This document shows, piece after piece, positions 40,427-55,062 of a DNA stretch of 64,000 nt (positions are counted from its first letter, which is position 1; each line of letters starts with the position of its first letter). The stretch covers positions 7,502,001-7,566,000 of the forward strand of contig CM120647.1 in the NCBI GenBank assembly GCA_051362555.1, read 5' to 3'. The stretch comes from Lingula anatina (Eukaryota > Animalia > Brachiopoda). The position numbers and the translations under genes were made by a program. The notes below the pieces were generated by a model that saw only the letters and a program-made list of their open reading frames with translations, ran no database searches and was not told the DNA's origin.

Positions 40427-41665
40427 TTACAAACAACGACACAGGTTGAAATTCTCGCTCTCGCATTCCCCGCCACGCGAGATCGAGCCCCAGATCTCGT
40501 CACACAAGTCCTGGCACGCCCCCTGTGGCCAGTAAAATTGGCTCTTCGCCAGCGCACACGAATTGGAGCATTGGCACGCGTCGCCCTGACACTGCCCTGT
40601 GAGAAATTTCTTTCCACGGTGCAGGAGCCCATTTCGACATCTTGAATGACAGAATCCTGGGTAACAAACGGATGACTCGGCTGGAAGCATAATGAATATA
40701 CTAGTAGGCGTCGATCCCAATGAAGCTATCGGTCTACATAGATCGATCCAACTCTGCAGGGACCCTCGCTGAATGCATTCAGGTTCAAAGTTAGACTAAC
40801 ACACCTCCTCTTGTTTCCAACGTTTAATGTAGAGATCATAACGTATAATAACCAGCTTGTCAGTGTTCTCCTCAATGCCAAGAGGGGACATGTTAATATC
40901 TTAATCTGATTTCATTCAGCGAGAGTCCCTGCGGAGTTAGATCAAGCTACGTAGACCGAGAGTTTCATTGTGAATGCTCCCATGAAATTATTAGAAAGCA
41001 TACAATCCTGATTTGTACCCTTTAAGTATAAAATTAAAATTAGAATATCGGATATTTCAGCAATATACCAATCGTCGATAAAGTATATCCACTACCAGTA
41101 TGAGTCAAAAACGAGCTAATTTCGATCCAGCTGTCTCGGCGCTTTTCACTCATTTTTTTTTTTTTATTATTATTGATTATTAGTACATCTCTATATCGAA
41201 ATCATCCAAAAGCAACGATCGCTGCAAAGATTCAGACTGTTTCACATATCAATGTTCAATAATACGAACTTTATACAGGACAGCGAAAGACAACCTTGAA
41301 AAACAATGTACAATCAGCTAGGCAACCTTATAGATCAAGAATGTAGATGGATAAATATACTGATAAGTAATTAAGATGCAAACAAAATGAAAATAGTAAA
41401 AAAAAAAGAATAACTAGAAAAATAACTAAATAAGTAAATAAATTAATAAACTAATAAAGAAAGGAAGTATACATTTTATTTATTAACACGCCAAGAGTGA
41501 AAGGCATAAAACAGTACATACATAAAATCGCACACATAATTCACATTATAACATCACGTCATAATCAATATAAATAAAATAATAAAGACACCCCTAACCT
41601 TGCTGTACCAGACATCCTAGTGCGACAACCACCATTACCCACACCGCTGCTTTTGTAGCCTGCAT
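40427..41665 (-). CDS. Secreted two-domain CSab defensin-like peptide, 106 aa
   Basis: Exon 41599-41665 (MQATKAAVWVMVVVALGCLVQQ, phase 1) joins exon 40427-40680 (AESSVCYPGFCHSRC...GQCQGDACQC SNSC...ACQDLC...GGEC...CRCL*). Signal peptide plus two C..CxxxC..GxC..CxC motifs. Confidence 0.8.
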
Positions 41666-41985
41666 TTCAACGCTAGCACCGAGCAATAAAGGTTTCTAAA
41701 CCACGTAGTGCCTTTCACCAGTACTAAACTGCAAGTCGTTAATATACGATGATTATACGCCAAATAGCGGCAGCCAGTACAGTCTCCTAAATGATGTACA
41801 TCAGTGTAACGGGTCGTTATTTCAATTGGATGTATATGCCGAGGGAGATAAAACACTGTGGCATCAGGTTCTTCTGAACGACCTGAACGACCGGAGCGTT
41901 GGGACGTTTTTGTCTTATCTGCCGCTAGCACAATGGCTCTCCTCTGTTCTGCTACGTCTCTGTTTACTTCAAGGCATTGCAGGGC

Positions 41986-42041
<56 letters not shown>

Positions 42042-42735
42042 TCTCTTTATTTATTTATTTATTTATTTTTTTTTTTTTGTTTATCTTTTTAGCCTAATGC
42101 ATCTAATGCTGAATAAATGTACGATCGTCATTATTAGAAGACAGAAATTCTCTAGTAATAGAATAAAGCCCAGGGTTAAGCCAAACATCCCAGGGGAGCA
42201 TCTATCCATAATTCACGACGTTTAATCATTAACTGATGCTGATCCGATTTTCCTGGAATATGATCGCGCCTGGGGGCTTTTGACGTAATAATAGGACGGA
42301 TGGTTTGTCTGATTAGATTAACTGATAAAAAAGTAATGAGTTTCCACGCAACCTTTGACGCCGTTATCAGGCTTAGCGTATATTAAGCGTCACCCTATTC
42401 ACCGTTAAGTACTGGAATATGATATTCGTTGAAGACGTGCTCTTCTAAATCTATCTTAAATCAGATTAACGGTGGCATGAATTAAATTTGTCATCGTTTC
42501 TGCTAAAAGTACAGTTGTCGGCATGGTTGCGCTTATTTTAAAGTTTTTATGTACAGACACTAAATACGAACAGTGAACTAACCAGTCCGCGGATCAAATA
42601 TGGCGACCCGCTAAAAAGCTTGCAGTTTAATGTACTGAAAGACACTGAATAAATTCCACAGGGGGAAGCATTCAAGTAGCTCGGTAGTTTATTTGACCCT
42701 CGGACTAGTCAGTCAACTGATCTGAATGCAGCCTA

Positions 42736-42951
42736 AGACTGCATTCCCACAGATTTAGATCGATCCATCTGGATCGACCTAACTCCCTGGGGGTTCATGC
42801 TAAATTGCTGTCAGCCGAGCGCGCACGAAAGTTAATTATCCCCTTACAGCTTTTAATGGGCAGAACAGACATTTAAGCCGGCTAAGCTGACAGTAATCTA
42901 GCGAGGCTCCCCACGGGGATAGATCATCTAAAATCTGTGGGAATGCAGTCT
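42736..42951. mobile_element. ~210-bp MITE family copy
   Basis: Near-identical to 16070-16275 with intact TIRs. Confidence 0.8.
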
Positions 42952-43325
42952 ATGTCTGTTTTTATTCTGATCACCATTCTGTCACCGTCATTTTGTTTAA
43001 CTATATATAACAAAGGGGGTAGAACTCCCAAGACATAGGTACTTTACCAGGAAAGGGTGGGAGCTTTTGATCATAAAATGGACAACGAAAGTATAACAGT
43101 TTATAAGCTGTTGCTATTGATGACCCCAGATAAAAAAAATAGATATATATCTTAATTCTAGTTAGAAGCATCCTAAAAACCCTAAACAATTCTTCACAAA
43201 CGACTGTGATGTTTCATATGCCAATACACATCATAACGACACGAGGAATGCTTTCACTAAATTTTATTTGAAACGTCAATATTTTATTTTAGCAATTTGC
43301 TTTGCCAGTTTTCTTTTATTTCCAA

Positions 43326-43356
<31 letters not shown>

Positions 43357-43638
43357 GAGTGTATATGTTAAACCTGACAACAACAGGTTTTGGAAATCTT
43401 TCAGATAAACCCATTTAGCAGTAGCTAAAACACGGTTACAATTATAAAGAAAAAACATGATTTGTTGCAACATCTGTGTAAACATCTGCTTTTTACACCA
43501 AATCATTTCTCCAGTCAATAGTGTTGCTCAGACAATTCGATTCCAGTGCCAGCTGTTGGTTTCCATTCCTCTCACTAGGGGCACCACTTGCTTGCGAATC
43601 ACGGCACTTGTCCTCAAGAAAATTGTGGACTTCACAAA

Positions 43639-43850
43639 TCACTCTGGTTTCTGCTCTGCAAGCTTTTTCTTCACTGATTGTATGAGACATTCTTGCACCA
43701 CTGGATAAATTTTCTGGCAAGTTTCTATACATAATTTGATACCCTGTATATAAAAGAGAAAAAGATGATTATTTACTTTTTTTTACATATATTAACAAAA
43801 TTAATTCTAAACTCAAGCCTCGGGGTTAAGTACAAAAAATATTTAAAAAA

Positions 43851-43908
<58 letters not shown>

Positions 43909-46900
43909 CAGTAGGTCAAAAAACGTGCCATAAACTGACCAATCAAAACTCACCTTGGCTGTCGTCTGCTGATCTAGTTCTCCTCTCAAAGCCAGTGCTG
44001 CCACCTGGTGCATAGAGGGCATCAGTCCCACAGTGATACTGCCCTGGTTCACCTCTGCTGGTGCTCTCTGAAAATAAGGAGAATCTAGCCTCAGTCTCTG
44101 CCACACTCAGTTTATACCCCACGTTTGGTATAACATTTTTGTATTGCTTTCTACATGTATTACAACATTCTCAGTGTATTAAGTTTCACCATAATTGCTT
44201 ATTTATTATAAGTTAACCCCACTTCTGAGTTCAGAGAGATTGCTCTTCTTTTTTGTGTCAAATAACATTACCCACTCTAATCAGCCTCTTTTAAGTCACC
44301 TTGGATGATGCCTATTTACTCATTATATGCATAGTCTTCTGAGAGAAGAAAAAATACTAAATGTCTATTGGCCCAAGCAGACTATTTATATCATGTAACC
44401 TTTAGGAATTTCACTATTTTTAAAATGACAAGGCAAATCCACAGTTGTAGTTCATTAGTTGGCTAGTAATGCAGAGTATGTAAACTAAAACAATTATCTC
44501 TCAAGAAAGAAGGGAGTCAACTGAAATAAAAGCCTAATTTTAGTTGGTCAGACTTGGAAGTAAAAAAAATATTTTTTATTTTACCCACCTCTGGTCTATA
44601 TTCCTCTGGTCCACAGGGGTCCATAAGTACCATCTTCCCATTTTGTCTCTGAAATTATTAAAGAAATAATTTAAAAATAGACAATCATTTTGATGCTTAA
44701 TTAAAAGTATCCAAAAACAAAATATAATATGAGATAAAAATGCATAGTTCTGTTTAATGGAGCACTGAAATTATTTAGAAGTGACAAAGAGATATAATTA
44801 AAACTATAGTGTATTCAATGTGACTCTGTACAAGTTTTGACATAGATTATGTTACATGAGAGAAAAAGTGTTAATTGTGATAATCAATGTGTTAGCTGTG
44901 ATATAGTTTGTTAATTGTGGCACAAATTGTATTGGGAGTGCCAAGACTGTGATTTTAAAATGTGAAAATATCAAATGATTAAGCTTGATGGACCTGGTAT
45001 GTTGAATGTGACACAGAATGTGTTAGATGTGACACGGAGTATTTAGGTGTTATTATACTGCACTGGGTGTGATAATTAGGGTGTGACACAAACTGTCATA
45101 TATCTGCTTGAGAACACTGTAAAATGGGACATAACTAAAAGAAATATTTTTGTATGTGGCTCTTGTTCAATTTGTATAATGAGTGTGACACTTAAAATGC
45201 TAGGTGATTGACTGAATGTGTTAGGTGTTACACAGAATGCGTCACATGGGGTACGGAGTGTTTGTGTTAGGTGTGACAAGAGATGTGTTAGGTGTGACAC
45301 TGGATGTGTTAGGTGTGACAAGAGATGTGTTAGGTGTGACACTGGATGTGTTAGGTGTGACAAGAGATGTGTTTGGTGTTTCACTAAAAGTGTTAGGCCT
45401 GACATAGAATGCCCTTGGTGTTTGATTAAATGTGTTTGGTGTCTGAATGAATGTGCAAAGTGTGGCACTGAACGTGTTTAGTAGGACACGGACTGTGTTG
45501 TGTCAGGTGTGGCAACGTATGTTTTCATGTGTTAGGTGTGACACCAGATGCGTTAGGTGTGACACTGGATGTGTTAGGTGTGACACTGGATGTGTTAGGT
45601 GTGACACTGGATGTGTTAGGTGTGACACTGGATGTGTTAGGTGTGACACCAGATGCGTTAGGTGTGACACTGGATGTGTTAGGTGTGACACTGGATGTGT
45701 TAGGTGTGACACCAGATGCGTTAGGTGTGACAGTATAAGCACAATGTCCAAAGACTCACCAGAGCAGCCCCAACAACAAGATCATACATCTCTATCCCTG
45801 CATCTGCCAGTGCCACTGAGACTGCTGTAATGGCTCCACTTAAAGCTGAGATGAGAAAAAAATAAATGTACATTGATTCATAGAATGGACACAAAAATAT
45901 CTTCCTCCTAATTCTCTTATGATGAAATGTATGTATAAAGTCCTCTTTCATTTTCACATATAAAATGGAACCCAAAGTAAACATCTTCAATAACAACTTT
46001 ATCTTACAATGACACCTTTGAAATTCAAAATATAAACAATATTAGTATTATCAGTAATTAAACTTTATCGGTCAATACAGAAATGAACATTTTTGACGCC
46101 CATAATATTTAAAGTAAATAAAACCAACTAAATTCACCTTGGCAAATTTATTTTAAAAAAAGACAAAAAAAGCAAAGTAATCTAACAAAATGGCAATTGA
46201 AATGAAAGTTTTTCTTACAACTTCCATCATCTTCCAAAACTGTCACAAAGATATCAAGCTTGGCCTTTGGGAACTTCTCCAGTCTTACAGCTGGTTCTAA
46301 TGCCTCTAATAATATCACTGAATAGTCTTTCTCCTGGTTGTCTTGCTGGTGCTGCCGCCTATACTTGCAGGAGAAAGTTAAAAACTTGAACTCACAGGTG
46401 AGTTGTCCCTGCAGACTGAAGTCCTCTCTTCTAACCTGTCGAGGACCATACCTGGAGAATAAATATTATATATTGAAATATTAACTATCCAGTCGCTGGA
46501 AAATACAAAGACACATAACCTGTATAATGAAAATACCTATATTAAAATAGCACAATAAATTATCCTTAATACCTGGCAAATATACTGACACCTTACAATT
46601 AAAAAAAAAATTCCTCTGCAAATACCAAAATTTTGAAAACATACTAGTAGTTACCCAAAGCTCCTGAATAATCTGATTAGATCAATTTCTTAAATTATGA
46701 TGTAAAGAATAAAGGGCAATTTTATATTATATATATAAAAAAAAAAAAAAAACTCACACTGCACACATGATCTTTGTCTTGTCCATCTCAAGATAGGCAG
46801 ACCCCTTGGCTTGGCTTATGACCCCAGATTTTAAAACTAGAATTTAAAAAAACTAAATGAATCAAATGTGAAGACTATGGCACATTTAAACACTATAAGT

Positions 46901-48530
46901 ACTTACAAGTTCAGTGTATGAAATTCAAGGAAATTACTAGCCAGACCGCCGGGCAGGTAACTCTGAAAAGTTACCAGCCCGGCCATGTAGTTACCTGCCC
47001 TATTTATGATAGCCCCTAGAGTTAAGAGAGGTATGCTGAGGGGGTCTAGAATGCATTCTTGGGAGAGTAATTTGGAAATGACAGGGCAATATCATGCCTT
47101 ATGCATGGAAATTTAGAAATTGTTTGGAATTTCTACTGAATGATACCTTGTCAGTGTTGGATTTAGAGGGGGTCAAGAGCTCCTGACGCCCCCTTTTAAT
47201 TTCTGTAAAAAAAACTCACCTCTTGAAATAAGATTTTCACTAGTTGAATCATAGTTCTAAACCATACCAAATGGCACCATTCACCATCTAAAATACCAAA
47301 AATTTTCAGGGCCGCAATGCGTGATACTTTCGAGTTACGGTTTTACGAAAAAAAATGTTGCCGCTCGACTAATTGCAAATCGAAGTCACCTTTCCATTGG
47401 TCCCAATTTGTTCTCTTTTGTTTGGTTCTGTCGTAATCTTTGTTAGTTTTATTTCTTTCCTCAATTGTTTTTCTTTTGTGAACTTCTCTATCGGACTTGA
47501 TAGAATTTTTTCATTTTTGACAGCCCAAGATGAAAGCACGTGGGAAAAGAACTACATCTGACGCACGGCGTAAACTCGTACGTTCTCTCATAATTTTGGG
47601 ATTCAAATTTTTTGTAAAATTCTCCTTTTATTTGCCTCCATTGCCTTTATTACTGTTGATTATAAGCACTTCATGTACCTATAAGTCGATTTAATCAATA
47701 TCCTAACTTTTTATACTTTCACATTTTTATTACTCTCAACCTACAAATTGCTACTCGCGGTATCTCCTCTACACAAAACAATGACGTAACGTTATCTGCT
47801 GTGCACTGAAGCTGGTTAAGAACATTGTGCCTCGTTTCAAATTGTCTTTCAACTTCATATCACACAGACAGAACTTCGAAAACGAGGCCACTGAGAGGGA
47901 GACTGTTGGTTACATTTCGATACGAGCGTTCGATTGCAAGCTATGGTTAGTTCTTTGCTTCTATGAAAGTGGGTGAAAACAGTGAGTTTATTTGATATTT
48001 TGCTGAAATCGCTTGTGAACATAGACAAAATAAAAGGTGAAAATAGGCTGTAAAAACAGCCAGCCCGTCGGGCGGGTAATCTGCAAATCTTACCCGCCCG
48101 GCCTGAAAGTTACCAGCCTCGGGCTGGCGGGCAGGCGGCCATTTCATACACTGTTAATACAAGAAATAAATGCAAGTGTATCTTATTATCATTATGTAGA
48201 GGACTGAATTTAATCAGTGATAATCAGTGTGCACATTCGTCGTTCTCACTGTTAGTATTTGTGTTAATATATATTCTGACTGATGTGTTCATTCCCTGTT
48301 ATCACTATGTTTGTGTATATTCTGATCTCTTTGTGTGTTTTGTCATTATTTGTGTTTGTATATATTCTGACAACTGTTTGTCTGTGTTGTCAAGTGCTCT
48401 TTTTGTTTCTAACATTCTGATTACTGTGCATGTTTGTGTTGTCACTTTCAGCTTATATGTCTGTTCATTTTATGATTACTGTGTACATTCTGTGTTGTCA
48501 CTGTATATTTCTGATTGTTTTTGAGAGTGG

Positions 48531-48605
<75 letters not shown>

Positions 48606-49308
48606 GACATACTTACAAATGGGACGGACTTGATCAGGACCTCTTCCATCATTTCTCTGATTGTGTTCATTTACCTAAAACAAGCATTTTGTATACTATA
48701 CAAAAAGACAAAGGTTTGCAAACAAGGGCACTTTACAAAGAGCAAAGATGGGAACCTCTTTAATTTCTACAGGTTCTCTTCAGTACTTTTTTCACATTAA
48801 AATAATAAAATCCCTCAAAAAGAGATGAATATCATTTCTGTCATGTTGGTTACTTTTTTATCCCGCATGTAGGTAGGACTCTGTACATTTAATTAATGCA
48901 ATGATAAATGCACTACATGATTAAATGCAAAAAATTTAAGTCATTGAGGCATTATTTCTATCAGTTACTTTTAAATGGCCACCACGACATAGTATATAAG
49001 GGAAATAAGCATTTTTTATCCTCTCCCTCTCTTACTTTTGCTTTTAATTTAAATTCCTTTCCACAACATTGCTTGTCCATACATTGTTGTTGCATAGATT
49101 GTTAGCCAAAAATCTCAAATACTGCCGTAGAAAATTTTAATTTTCATCAAATATGTTAAAAATCAAGGTTTAAATTAGATTCTGAAATTTCCTCGAGTTC
49201 ATCCAAACACAGACATACCAAAGCCACGGTCTCTTTCGTATCTTTCTCGAAGTCATAAAAGCTCCGACTCTCCTCCGGACACGGGATTCTTCTTGTGTCT
49301 ATGGGCAT
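43639..49308 (-). CDS. EXOSC6: Exosome complex component MTR3 (RNase PH-like)
   Basis: Eight GT-AG exons join in frame: 49219-49308, 48617-48674, 46758-46836, 46219-46451, 45760-45845, 44589-44648, 43954-44067, 43639-43743. Diagnostic MPIDTRRIPCPEES start, GVISQAKGSAYLE, VYGPR, FPKAKLDIFVTVLEDDGS, ALADAGIEMYDLV. Confidence 0.95.
45000..45732. repeat. 21-bp minisatellite in an EXOSC6 intron
   Basis: Unit TGTGTTAGGTGTGACACTGGA; homogeneous at 45260-45370 and 45528-45732, degenerate elsewhere. Confidence 0.9.
46912..48153. mobile_element. hAT-like non-autonomous element in an EXOSC6 intron
   Basis: TIRs CAGTGTATGAAAT / ATTTCATACACTG, with subterminal TTACCAGCCCG / GGGCAGGTAA repeats at both ends. 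No clean TSD. Confidence 0.6.
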
Positions 49309-49431
49309 TGTCACTAAACATGGAGGTACAGATAATGCTGGTTGAAATATGTGCACCTTTACCGCTATGGAAGTCACATTATCTGGAAAACGAAAGGATT
49401 CCACATCACCCCGTTGGAAGAAAAGAAAAAT

Positions 49432-49457
49432 TCGCCATGCCTGTTTACCGGAAGTGA
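49432..49457. promoter_or_regulatory. Putative EXOSC6 housekeeping promoter motifs (ETS CCGGAAGTG; YY1-like ATGGCG)
   Basis: ACCGGAAGTG at 49447-49456 and minus-strand CATGGCG about 130 bp upstream of the ATG. Confidence 0.45.
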
Positions 49458-50838
49458 CAACAAGTAATGGGAAATAACTGGCAATCGCATTACCAATTAG
49501 CGGGCAAAAAGGAGAGATATGAGTCCTACTTTTCGATATAATTTTGGTATTTGGTTTTCATATATAATGATCATCTGATGCTTTGTGCATGCATATGTAT
49601 CTGCACTTATGTCTCAACACGTTACCTTTTTTCTGACAAGACAGTGCCATATTTATGCGCTTTATAAGGTGGTTTTCAAGCACTCTAGTCCTTCTCGACG
49701 ACGGTTGACTATTAACGTTAGGCCTACTGTAGTATGCAAAAAAAAAAAAAAAAAAAAAACTTGTAAAAGAAGAAAATTAATTTAAGTGGTGTAAATATTG
49801 GAGGAGTTAAAATCGGCATTTGGTTGGTGTGAAATCACTTAAATGGGGTGTTTAGGCCCAAAATGGGATTACTGTCCGTATTTACATCGATAAATCAACG
49901 ATAAAAATACTTTTTTTTTTCAGAGTAGCCATACAAAACATGAAACTGGACGGGGACGACAGACCGACACTTTTTACTCACCCTGAACGATTAATCATTT
50001 TCTTTGTATATATTTACTATTTTTTACTTATTTATTATTTTTTAAAATAAGTAAACAGACAGACAAACAAACAAATAAATAAATGAAATTTAAAAAAAAT
50101 GAATAGGCCCTTCATTTTTAATATCCGGTTCAAGAGAGTAAACAATTTTGATTCGAGCTTTTTAAATGTTTGAAACATTTCTTATCTGAGAGATACAACA
50201 TACTCAGTATAACAGTATAATATCCATTATCAAAATCACCCCTTTGCTCCTTTTGTTAATCTAAAGTATTTTTTTTTTTTTTTTTTTTTTTTCAGAGAGC
50301 TTTAAAAAGTTTGATAGAAAAAAAATGGTTAAAAATAGTTTGGTTTTGTCCCTTTTTTAATTGGTAAGAATTTTTTTAAATCTTACTTGCTATAATTCAT
50401 GATTGTTATTGAGAGGGGGAGTGCCTATATGAAGCTAAGATGGGGTGGACGGGGTGGGGGGTACCACACCCAAGCTGAAAGAACCAAAGCTGTGACCCGC
50501 GCTCCACTTTTTAACCTCGATTTGAGAATAGCGCAGCTGTTTCATGACGTACGTTACGTTATCTCGATGTCACACGTTTGACACCTGTCCATCTAGATAC
50601 CCTGAGTTTAACGATGAACGATGAACGATGAAAGTGTATAAGACTCCTTAAAGGCTCCCCTTAATAGGGACCTTCTATTTCCATAGGCAATAAATAAAGC
50701 AGATGGAACGGACCTCAAAGAAGCACGTGAACTCAGGGTGTCATTTACGTAAGCAAGTTTTGTTTATAATATATAACACTGTCTGTGCCATAAGGGTAGG
50801 TTACATTGGGTGAGTAGCCTGCAGAGACAAAACCAGGG

Positions 50839-51968
50839 ATGAAGGCAATGACATTTCTCTGCGCCATCTTGTAAGTACTTGAAAGTATGCAGAAAAAAAT
50901 AATAATCAACACATCGTTTCTGTAGAGAAGACTTCATTGTTCAACCTTTGAGGCATCATGTTTTAGGTTTTCATCAAATAGAACATGGCCGTCTCTTGGA
51001 CATAAGCTGCTTAACGAAAATAATTTTCTATATCTAAAAATTATAAGACATTTCTATAAATTTGCGTGGGCGACTGAGAAAGAGAGTGAGAGAGAGAGAG
51101 GAGGAAAGGGAAAATGAGTCCTTATTCAAAAATCACAATTAACTATATTGCCACAAATAGAACCATTCCAGTTATCTGTGACAAATGAATTAAAATATAT
51201 CCTTAAAATCGATACATTCATCCATTATTTTAATTATGATATTATAGTTTGGTATTGGTGGTTTACTCGACCGCAGGGGAGACCGGTGGTCAGGTACAGT
51301 TGGGCCGCCTGGGTGACCAGATAGACCGACATAATATTGAACAGGAATCAAAGGAGGCAAAGAAGAGAGCCGGTAAGTTGCATACTTTTATCTAATGTCA
51401 TATGACAGATTTGAGGGTTATTCTGAGTTAAACTAAGAAGTGATTGCATGGAAGCTATTTTGATGACGTGAATTGCAAAAAGGATAATAAAAACTTGATC
51501 AGTTTTACCATTGCTGATGTATGCATGAATCCACCATTAAAATGCGTATTACATGTATTTCGAACGCATGCCCTTCGGTAGGCCTACCGTTTTCATGTAT
51601 TCTCTATTTATTTATGTATGTATTTATTTATTCTCGAAGAAAAGCAATCTAAACAGTGTTGTTATTTAAGCAATGCACTGCGGTTCATCGACTTTTAACA
51701 TGTAAATACATTTCTTTTCATCTTTTATATAACGAAACCAGTCGTCGTTGGTTCTGTCATAGCGGGTGCGTCCGGCGTGGTTGGTATCCTGCAGTCTGTA
51801 TCCTCCCTTGTGACGTCAGACCGTGCTTGCGTCATAGCGTTGGCCAACACTGGTAGCAAGAACCTGGTGAAGCCGACCTGGTGAGAGAAAGCGAGAGAGA
51901 GAGAGAGAGGATAAAGAGAGAGAGAGAAAGTGTGTGTGTGTGTGTGTGTGTGTGAGTGTGTGTGTGTA

Positions 51969-52029
<61 letters not shown>

Positions 52030-53647
52030 CAGGAGGAAAAGAGAACACATTATTGGGGCACTAAGTCCTGAGCATTTATAGGGCCATACATCGAAAATTT
52101 ACTCAGAAAGTTATAACTTATAAATTATATTCCTTTTATCCCCAAGGTATATACGAAGAATCGATTTGAAAATAACCATGTATAAAATCGTTCTTCGAGT
52201 TCTAGCTTTTCCAATTTTTTACCGAAGCAAGCAAAATTCTCAAAAGACTCAAAACACAAAATCATTTTAAATGGGGTTTTCTAACTAGTCAATTTCGTTA
52301 TGTAGATGATAATTATGATTATGTAGAGTCTAGTGAGATAATCCCGTTTTTTCTCGAAACATCTGTTCAAATTCATCAATTTTTATCGAGTCGTGAAATA
52401 TGTCACAGGTACACAGACAGAGGAGCCATCAAGGACCACGCACCTTTCAAGATCGGACCAAACTCAACAGGCGTACTGGAGTTTGATAAAGGAAATCGTG
52501 AGTCTTTTATAGTATTTCTACCACTGCTACAACAACAGATATCACCACATCTACAGTATTATTAATGCTGCTACTACTGCTACCGCTACTACTACTACTA
52601 CTACTAGGCCTACTTTATCTACTACTGTATGTAATTCTATAGACTTCTACTATTACTATTGTCACTACTAATACTGCTGCTATTGATACTAATACCTGTA
52701 CTAATACTATGATGAGTGAAATTGTGTTTGCCTTTTAAATTGATTAATAGTTCCCGGTGGAACAGATGGAGTGGTCGTTTACGAGATCGAGGGCACCAAA
52801 TGGAGAGTGGCCATCATGTGGACTGTCCCCTTCTCTTCTAGCAATCATTATAATGTCAAGGTAAATAACTGTGACGTCAGCCAACTATAGGCTCTCATCC
52901 TAGCACAAGCCTTAAACATTACACTTCTACCTTTAAAGTATGAGACGCCATGCGTCTTTAACCATATAGCGCATGCATACAAATAATAATGATAATATAA
53001 TGTCGAAATATATAACAGTTACTGCTGTGGTTACGTTACCTTTTTTGTATGACATCAGGAGTTTATTACAAATGGCAAAGAAAATATATTATATAAGTTA
53101 GGGTAAGTTCTCGAGTATTTTGGAAATAAATCATTTGCGTTGGGACCATGTTGGCTATCGTAACTTTCTAAAGATCCACGCCTTTAGCACCTTGTCTGTT
53201 CGTGCAGCGTGTCATTTTTTCAAACCAAATATGGAATGTGCACATTTGGAAAATAAATGGAATTCTCTCATAAATGGACGTCTCCTTTTCAGGTGTACGA
53301 AGATGTCAAAGCGAATAAGAACCTCTACCGCCAGATGCTTAACTACGCCAACCCTCGCAACGCCGAAGACGGCGGGTATCTGATCAGCACAGAACATGGC
53401 GTCAACATCCGGGGCTCTATGACAGATGGAAACGTTGGTAAGCTAGGTGTCTGGATCGACGCGAGCAATCTGGAAGCCAGTGAATGGTGGACGCACTTAA
53501 ATCATGGTTGCTCTACAAATACGGTATGGGTGATTCAAAATTGTTCAAGTCTCATATCTGATATGTTATGATGTGCAAAGCTAGTCTGTTATATATCTCT
53601 CTCGGTATTTCTTTGTTATGCATGTACAGCATGAAAGAGATGATAAA

Positions 53648-53683
<36 letters not shown>

Positions 53684-53826
53684 TGTTTTTCAATTCCCAG
53701 GGTTGGTTCGGCAATTTCTGCTGGAGGGAATGCCCAAATGCTACCGGCTGGTGTTGGATTAACTCTAGATGTAGTAGCGACACCGACTGTCAGAAGAGCA
53801 GCGACTGTTACACCAAATGTGGCTAA
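50839..53826 (+). CDS. Actinoporin-like pore-forming prepro-protein 1 with C-terminal 8-Cys domain, ~283 aa
   Basis: Exons 50839-50870, 51248-51372, 51742-51880, 52409-52497, 52751-52860, 53293-53523 and 53701-53826 join in frame. Signal peptide, propart ending EAKKR, amphipathic [29 protein letters not shown]...[19 protein letters not shown]-like TATATAA at ~50770. Confidence 0.88.
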
Positions 53827-54763
53827 GATCCATCCACAGAGACATATCGTATTACTTGGGTTTGTCCAACTCTGCAGGAGATTCTTGCCAATTGCAATTT
53901 CTGGAATCAGCTTAAAATTTGAGCAATTGGAAGTTAATTAACTTTCGTTTGCGTGCGCCCGGCTTATTACTCCCATAATGCTCGAGGAGGCGTGTCATTC
54001 GGTTAAGCTGATTGTACTTAGCAAGAGCCCCTGCATAGTTGGACCGACCCAACTAGTGCCATGTGCCTATCACAATGCTCCATAGGTGACGCACTGGGAG
54101 CTGAAAGTCAGACAATCAAGAACACTTGAAAAATATATTATGTAATTATGGTAATGCAACGCAGTTGTAATATACCGATTGTATTGTGCATGTATGTTAT
54201 TGTTTAAGGTCACAATTATCTCCTAACACCAGAACAGGAATAAACTGAATTGCATTGATAGCAGCAAGACGAGGTTATTTTGTTTATAAATCTGTAACCC
54301 ATGAGTTTGAAATCTCAAAAATAATTTAAAAACCAAACCGTGTCTGGATTTTTGCAAGATTGTCAATTATTGCAGGACATGCAGGCAATGCTTTCAATGT
54401 TTCATTGTCTCCATAATTAAGGCTTCACAACTCGTGTTCCTCTTCTAAGGGCGGTTCCATGAAACTGTCAGCAAACGCTTGTATCTTATTTGCATTTTGG
54501 TACTCTCTTCAAGTTGATGTCATGCGTTGTGTTTATAATAAAGATAATAGGCTGATGGGTCCAAGATATCGAATTTCATGTCCTATGTTATGCCTTATCT
54601 TAGCGCGTGCATATTTATGATATCTACACATTTGCCAATATTTGTAGTTCTTAGATCTTTCTAAAATCGGTTTATGAGAGTCGCGGATAATAGCCTTCGT
54701 CGTATTTCTAACCGGAATCTCAGATAGAAAATATAGCATATAATTGTTTGTTTGTTTGTCATT

Positions 54764-54802
<39 letters not shown>

Positions 54803-55062
54803 TTTGTATTTCTGTGCTTGTACCATTATTTATGTATTATTCATTTTATATTGACAACGGTATAGGGGGTGGGGTGGGAGGGACAGAGCAAGATTACAAC
54901 AAGATGAACAACTACAAACTGTCATAATGCATGACCATACTCAGATCACCATAATAATTCTTGGGAGACGAGCCATCTGTCTCTATACAACTTATCGTGG
55001 TGGCCGTGCCCTTTATATCCAATCCCATGTTAGCCTGCATTTGACACAGTTACAACTTCAAC

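Noticed and set aside
41635-42039. 134-aa minus-strand ORF overlapping the defensin 5' region
   Set aside because: It starts in a dinucleotide repeat and has no recognisable features; the signal-peptide exon is in another frame.
45076-45830. ORFs with CVRCDTG / SHLTHPV / VLGVTLD repeats resembling metal-binding proteins
   Set aside because: They are translations of a 21-bp intronic minisatellite that is open in several frames on both strands.
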